Below the pieces are notes generated by a model. The model worked only from the letters and a program-made list of their open reading frames with translations, did no database searches and was not told where the DNA came from. A stretch of DNA of 52,184 nt from a virus (taxonomy: Duplodnaviria; Caudoviricetes): positions 1 through 52,184 of the IMG/VR virus record IMGVR_UViG_3300030012_002628; one strand, written 5' to 3'. Numbering within the stretch: the first letter of the stretch is position 1; each line of letters starts with the position of its first letter. Below are positions 47,518-52,184 of the stretch, one piece after another. The translations under genes and the position numbers were made by a program.

Positions 47518-47682
47518 TATAGTCACAGTTGGTTGCTCTAGCCATAAATAGTTCTATTACCTGTTTCTATACCAGATCGAGCTGAGTCTCATCGAACAAA
47601 CCGTTAGGTTGCTCTAACCTTAACTAGTTCTATCGCGGTTTGCCTAAGACAATTTAGCAAGTCCCACTTTTTTTTGGGGCTT
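47518..47682 (+). ncRNA. Candidate structured 5' leader RNA with two repeated units
   Basis: 27-nt direct repeats at 47531-47557 and 47607-47633, each enclosed by a different outer stem; extra hairpin at 47659-47682. Confidence 0.65.
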
Positions 47683-47715
47683 AAATCTATTAACAAAACT
47701 TAACTATTATTTATT

Positions 47716-49089
47716 ATGGCTAGAAATGCAGTAGCGGGCGATTTCGCATCAGCGAGTAATGTCGCCATTAATACTATCCTCGCAGAGGAAGCAAATCGTA
47801 TTGGAGCTGATGTGCATACACGTATGATGCACACATCTCCTTGGATCGATCTTGTTAAAAAATCAACATTCCCAGAGGGAATGGGATATCAACTCACTAC
47901 TCTTATTTATGATCGTAGTCTCCCGACTACTGATGTCACAGGTAATGCAGTGGGTGTAAACTGGAACAACATCGCAACACTTCAAACTGGAGCAAGCGCA
48001 CTCGGAACATCAGTATTGGATCAGCCTCTTGATACTACAGCCGACAATGTGCAAGCTGCTAACGGAGGAGCCACCAACACAGCAGGAGACAGTCTTTCTG
48101 GTCTTGGTGGAACTGATGCTCGTAACTTTGTAAACTTCGGTAAGAAGCTCAAAGCATACAGCATTCAGCGTGCGATCATCGAATCACCCCGTATCAATGT
48201 TGACGATCTTCGTTATGCAGCACATCGTCAGGAGCAGCTTCGCGCTATCCTTGATAGTCTTGCAGAGTCTACTCGTCATTCATGGGCCGAGCGTTATCGT
48301 GATGAGTATGACCGTCTTGTAGATAACACTGTTATCTGCCGTGGTGATGCGACTAACGATGCTGGAAACCCAACTGAGTTCCTTGCTTCCAACGAAGGTC
48401 AGACTACTGATGCCCTTGGTGCAGCAGGAGGAGATCTCGACGGTGGTGGGGCATCTAAAGTTAAGAGTGACATTTCTAATGCCGTTCTTGATAAGATCTA
48501 CTTCAAGATGATCCGTGGTGGAGCATCAGCAGATGCGTATGGCCGTGAGAATGGCCGTCCAGTATTTGCACTTGTTTGCTCTTCTGAGGCATCAAACACC
48601 ATCATGAAAGAAGATGGGTTCCGTGACGATATTCGTTACAACAACGCTCGCGTTGGCGACCTTATCGCTCCACTTGGTGTTGAGAAGTCCTTCCGTGGTT
48701 TCTACCACTTGATCGACGATCTTGCACCTCGTTACAAAGATGGAAATGAAGGAGATCTTGTCCGTGTTGAGCCTTACACAAGCTCAAACGGTATTGCTAC
48801 TCCTAACGCTGAATATGACAATGCAGCTTATGAGGTTGCTTACGTTCTTCACCCATCAGTGTATGAGTCCCAGATTCCTGCACCATTCGGTGGAGCTAAC
48901 GGAGTGACCTTCAGCCCAGTTGATTATTCTGGTGAGTTCAAGTGGACTAACATCCTTAGTGAGACAACTAACCCAGACGGCACAATCGGATTCTTCCGTG
49001 GAATCCTCGCTGCTGCTTCCAAGCCAATTAAGACTGAGCTTGGTTACGCTATTGTTTACAAGCGTACTGGACTTCCAGCGAAGGTATAA
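47716..49089 (+). CDS. Major capsid protein
   Basis: 457 aa; follows portal and scaffold; strongly biased codons (CGT, CTT, TTC); terminator downstream. Confidence 0.85.
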   Translation: MARNAVAGDFASASNVAINTILAEEANRIGADVHTRMMHTSPWIDLVKKSTFPEGMGYQLTTLIYDRSLPTTDVTGNAVGVNWNNIATLQTGASALGTSVLDQPLDTTADNVQAANGGATNTAGDSLSGLGGTDARNFVNFGKKLKAYSIQRAIIESPRINVDDLRYAAHRQEQLRAILDSLAESTRHSWAERYRDEYDRLVDNTVICRGDATNDAGNPTEFLASNEGQTTDALGAAGGDLDGGGASKVKSDISNAVLDKIYFKMIRGGASADAYGRENGRPVFALVCSSEASNTIMKEDGFRDDIRYNNARVGDLIAPLGVEKSFRGFYHLIDDLAPRYKDGNEGDLVRVEPYTSSNGIATPNAEYDNAAYEVAYVLHPSVYESQIPAPFGGANGVTFSPVDYSGEFKWTNILSETTNPDGTIGFFRGILAAASKPIKTELGYAIVYKRTGLPAKV

Positions 49090-49109
49090 TTATTAATATA
49101 AATATTAAC

Positions 49110-49151
49110 AGCGGGGGTGGCGGTCTACGGATCTCTGCCCCCGCTTTACTT
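49110..49151 (+). terminator. Intrinsic terminator after the capsid gene
   Basis: AGCGGGGGTGG...CTGCCCCCGCT stem followed by TTACTT. Confidence 0.7.
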
Positions 49152-49159
49152 ATAAAACA

Positions 49160-49651
49160 ATGGCTAATATAGATGAGCTTGAACAGCAAGTTGACGAAGC
49201 AAAGAAACGCCTCGCAGAGATGGAGGCTGAATTACAAAACGCCAAAGGCGGTGCGGAGCCACCTATGGAAGATCAAGAACAAGATGTTGCAGGAGAAGAA
49301 GAAGTTCCTGTTCCGCCCGAAGAGCAATCGTTTGCTGACAGAGTAGAAGAACGCATGAGTCCTGCAGAGGAAGTCATGGAGAAAGAAGCTGCTCCTCAAG
49401 TAGATAAGGTTATGGTCGGCATTAAGATGTCTGAACCACCGCCAGTTCAAGAAACTGCTGAAGCTCCTGACATGGACAAACTGTATTCAGTTGTATATGA
49501 CGAAACCTTTGATGCGTCTGATGTTCAATCAGAGGGCCGAATGCGGATGATGCAAGAGGCTATGGAAGATCCTAGTGTTAGACAAATGGCTATGGAAGAT
49601 CCAGAGAAGTTTGCTTTGTTTATGTATGGCAGGACTTCAGCTATAGGGTAA
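49160..49651 (+). CDS. Acidic hypothetical protein
   Basis: 163 aa, E/P/M-rich, N-terminal coiled coil. Confidence 0.65.
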   Translation: MANIDELEQQVDEAKKRLAEMEAELQNAKGGAEPPMEDQEQDVAGEEEVPVPPEEQSFADRVEERMSPAEEVMEKEAAPQVDKVMVGIKMSEPPPVQETAEAPDMDKLYSVVYDETFDASDVQSEGRMRMMQEAMEDPSVRQMAMEDPEKFALFMYGRTSAIG

Positions 49652-50402
49652 TTTCTATTTGTTTGTTACCATCAGCATCCAAGCCAGCTACGCCTTCTTT
49701 GATAGATTTGGCGAGCTGTCCTTGGAAGCTGTGTATGCCGTAGTGGGTAAGAGCTGCTAGGGTATCGCAGTATATTTCGCCACCCGCGTCTATCCATCTT
49801 TTGCAGAATGAAATATCTTCTCCAAGAGAGCCTTGATCTTTATCTACAATACAGTCAAAAAAGTTCATGTAGTTTTCTGTAGTTACTGTTTTACCCGCTT
49901 TTAAGTGAACCATTTTTGTTGTACATTCGGGATACGCCTTTTTCATTTTATCAAAAACGCTTCTATCAAGCATCATAAAACCCGCAGGGCCAGAAGTTAC
50001 CTTCACAAATCCGTCTGAATCTACTTTTAGGTCTTTATCTCCGAATGAGAGGATGAACCGTGTATCCTCCATCCTGTTTAGTGATTTTGTAACATAGGGA
50101 GCTATAGCGAATTCCACATCTTTTCTAAGTAGTCTCCATACATTTTCAGGCCCGAATCCTATATCTGCATCAATAAACAAAAGCTTGGTGCAGTCGGTTG
50201 CTAAGAATTTCCTAACGCATTCATTTCTGGCGTAGCTAATCAACGCGCCTCCTGCGTGGATATGGAAGTTAAATGAGTATGATAAGTCTTTGGGTTGTTG
50301 TGCTCCTATTGTAGAGAGGATTCCATTTACATAGTTTATATATGTTTGGAATCCAAATGCTGGGGTAGCTACGAATATTTTATGGTGTTTTGATTCTGGC
50401 AT
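49641..50402 (-). CDS. GT-A fold glycosyltransferase-like protein
   Basis: IFVATP, ISYARN, LLFIDADI (DxD), GFMML.R, GEDISFC.RW and LTH.G; start set at ATG 50402 (TTGACT-N17-GAAAGT 6 nt upstream). Confidence 0.8.
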   Translation of the reverse strand: MPESKHHKIFVATPAFGFQTYINYVNGILSTIGAQQPKDLSYSFNFHIHAGGALISYARNECVRKFLATDCTKLLFIDADIGFGPENVWRLLRKDVEFAIAPYVTKSLNRMEDTRFILSFGDKDLKVDSDGFVKVTSGPAGFMMLDRSVFDKMKKAYPECTTKMVHLKAGKTVTTENYMNFFDCIVDKDQGSLGEDISFCKRWIDAGGEIYCDTLAALTHYGIHSFQGQLAKSIKEGVAGLDADGNKQIEITL

Positions 50403-50473
50403 TGGCTGACTTTCTTCTATTTTTTTCTTCAAGTCAAACAAAACAACGCACCCTGCACCCTTCTTACCGAGGC

Positions 50474-50502
50474 TTGTAATTTGGTTGACAAGACTGTATA
50501 GT
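50474..50502 (+). promoter_or_regulatory. sigma70-like leaderless promoter
   Basis: TTGTAA-N17-TATAGT, 5 nt before ATG 50508. Confidence 0.65.
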
Positions 50503-50507
50503 TAGGA

Positions 50508-51140
50508 ATGCCTACTTCTATAAATGGGACAGTACGTCTTTCTTATGGGAATCACATTCATACTGAGAATTTTGATTCTACAACAACAGCATATGGTGCA
50601 ACTAATCAAACTGGAAATTATTCCGCAGGGGGTGCAAGAGCTGTATATAGTGCAACTACGGGAGTTACTATTGATTTAGGAACCATTGATTCTGATGAAG
50701 GATTGCTTCTTATTAAGAATGTAAACACCGCGGGATCTCTACTGGTTAGTATGGATGGCGGGTCTAACTGGGATATTAAGATTCATGCAGGACACGCGAA
50801 TCTTATTTCTGTAGGCCCTGATCACCCTGTTCATGTAAAAACCAATGCTGCTGACGCGGACATTGGAGTTAACTCTGTGTCTACATCAGGAGCAATCACC
50901 TTTGATTCTAATATATCTTTTGCAGGAACATATGTAATGAATGCAAAAACAAGCCCTGATCACACAAGTGGCCCGTTTTACATTGTAAAGACTACTTCGA
51001 ATAATGTTTCAACTGGGATTGCTTATGCACTCGACGGAACTACTAAGAAGGATTTAGCCACAGGCAATGTATATACTGAAAATACCACAGTAACTTTAAA
51101 AGAAATTGCTGACTATAGGTTTACTTTAACTGAAGGATAA
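50508..51140 (+). CDS. Putative structural protein (beta-rich)
   Basis: 210 aa, T/G/S/N-rich, first gene of the tail operon. Confidence 0.55.
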   Translation: MPTSINGTVRLSYGNHIHTENFDSTTTAYGATNQTGNYSAGGARAVYSATTGVTIDLGTIDSDEGLLLIKNVNTAGSLLVSMDGGSNWDIKIHAGHANLISVGPDHPVHVKTNAADADIGVNSVSTSGAITFDSNISFAGTYVMNAKTSPDHTSGPFYIVKTTSNNVSTGIAYALDGTTKKDLATGNVYTENTTVTLKEIADYRFTLTEG

Positions 51141-51142
51141 GT

Positions 51143-51583
51143 ATGGCAAATATTCAACTACAGAGAGGACAACAACAAGCAATTGAAGTTACTTTCAAAT
51201 TGGCTAATGGGGACATCCCTAATTTCAATTCCGAAAACGACAACAATGCTAGTGCGGGGACTTTTGACGCAGAATTAGTAATAAGGAAAAAAAGAGGGGA
51301 TAACTTTCAAGGACAGATTATTGATGTTCTTAGGCATGGTGTCACATCAGGCTTTGCGGTCTCTGAGGCAGATAGTAGGATTTCTTTTACAGGCACTGGA
51401 GGTGCAGCTTCTACAACACTAAGTAGTGGGCATAATATAGTTCTTAATTGGAACACTGCTCAAGCTACGCTTTTGCCGAACGAAGCGATCACTGTTTTTG
51501 GAGACCTCAAAGTCACTAAGTCATCCGAAGTCGTACATCACATTCGACTTGCGTTTGATATACTACCCGAAATTACAGCATAA
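51143..51583 (+). CDS. Putative tail-fibre-associated structural protein
   Basis: 146 aa, beta-sandwich-like pattern, coupled to the fibre gene. Confidence 0.5.
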   Translation: MANIQLQRGQQQAIEVTFKLANGDIPNFNSENDNNASAGTFDAELVIRKKRGDNFQGQIIDVLRHGVTSGFAVSEADSRISFTGTGGAASTTLSSGHNIVLNWNTAQATLLPNEAITVFGDLKVTKSSEVVHHIRLAFDILPEITA

Positions 51584-52184
51584 TGGCGAACGAAACAGTC
51601 ACAGTAAACCAGTCTACAAACTCTATAACAGTAACTCAATCGACGAATAACGCTTCGGTTGTTGCTGTTAACCCGCGAGCGGGGTTGGGGTCAGGGGGGA
51701 CTGTTCAAGGAAGTCTAGATATAACACAAAACCTAGACGTTGATGGTATTTTAGAAACTGATGCTTTAACTATAAACGGAGTTTCTCTTGCGGAAACAGT
51801 CCAAGATGTAGTTGGAGCTATGGTAGGTAGCAATACTGAAACAGGTATTGCTGTGTCTTATGATAATACCGATGGCACTTTAGACTTTGTGGTCTCTTCT
51901 CAGACCGACAATAACTTTACTACAGCCTTAAAACAAAAACTTGAGGGCATAGATGCTGGAGCTAAAGACGACCAGACACCAGCAGAAATCCTCACCGCGC
52001 TTCTGACAGTTGATGGGGTGAGTTCTGGCTTAGATGCAGATTTACTTGATGGGCAGCACGCATCAGCCTTTCAAGCTGCTGGTACATATAATACCAACAT
52101 TGGTACAAGTGATGACATAAGTTTAACTGGCACTGGAGTTATTGACGGCCTAACACTTACAGATGGTGTTATAACTGATTCCTC
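51583..52184 (+). CDS. Second tail fibre protein, truncated by the window end (not in the ORF track)
   Basis: MANETVTVNQ...NNFTTALKQKLEGI...DQTPAEIL..L.TVDG.SSGLDADLLDGQHASAF...LTDGVIT, the same repeats as 115..3882. Confidence 0.85.
   Translation, partial: MANETVTVNQSTNSITVTQSTNNASVVAVNPRAGLGSGGTVQGSLDITQNLDVDGILETDALTINGVSLAETVQDVVGAMVGSNTETGIAVSYDNTDGTLDFVVSSQTDNNFTTALKQKLEGIDAGAKDDQTPAEILTALLTVDGVSSGLDADLLDGQHASAFQAAGTYNTNIGTSDDISLTGTGVIDGLTLTDGVITDS

Noticed and set aside
47531-47633. Mini-CRISPR array
   Set aside because: Only two imperfect 27-nt repeats with a 49-nt spacer and no cas genes; the folding pattern fits a leader RNA better
52100-52184. Direct circular join of the window end to the window start
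   Set aside because: Joining stops the fibre ORF within 6 codons and leaves the 3..113 frame without its upstream part, so sequence is probably missing
1-52184. Alternative genetic code, tRNA genes or prophage integration module
   Set aside because: Genes are intact under the standard code with TAA, TAG and TGA all used as stops; no cloverleaf, integrase or host genes seen

Overview
The window is almost all of a lytic, podovirus-like dsDNA phage genome (about 40% GC by eye), opened inside the tail-fibre region. It encodes a portal, scaffold, major capsid protein and terminase. It also encodes two repeat-built tail fibres, three ejection-type proteins (one of 3353 aa with a zincin motif) and a holin/spanin/amidase lysis cassette. 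The replication block has a primase-helicase, family A polymerase, SSB candidate, DUF2800 nuclease and RuvC-like resolvase. An SF2 helicase and a leftward early region led by ArdC complete the gene set. I found no RNA polymerase, integrase, tRNA or CRISPR array. The host is probably a diderm with sigma70-type promoters (PVC group is a guess). The most striking signals are non-coding. (1) CCNGG, GGWCC and CCGG sites appear to be purged, to the point that Pro-Gly is missing from the proteins I checked, even in conserved motifs. (2) A pseudoknot plus hairpin RNA sits in the DNA polymerase leader. (3) A tandem two-unit structured RNA sits in the capsid leader. (4) Two 29-bp palindromes, with a matching arm in the capsid promoter, lie beside a nuclease-less double-NUMOD4 gene. 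(5) A parS-like site and heptamer tracts mark the likely genome end. (6) Many promoters look leaderless. All calls come from reading by eye; no searches or counts were run.
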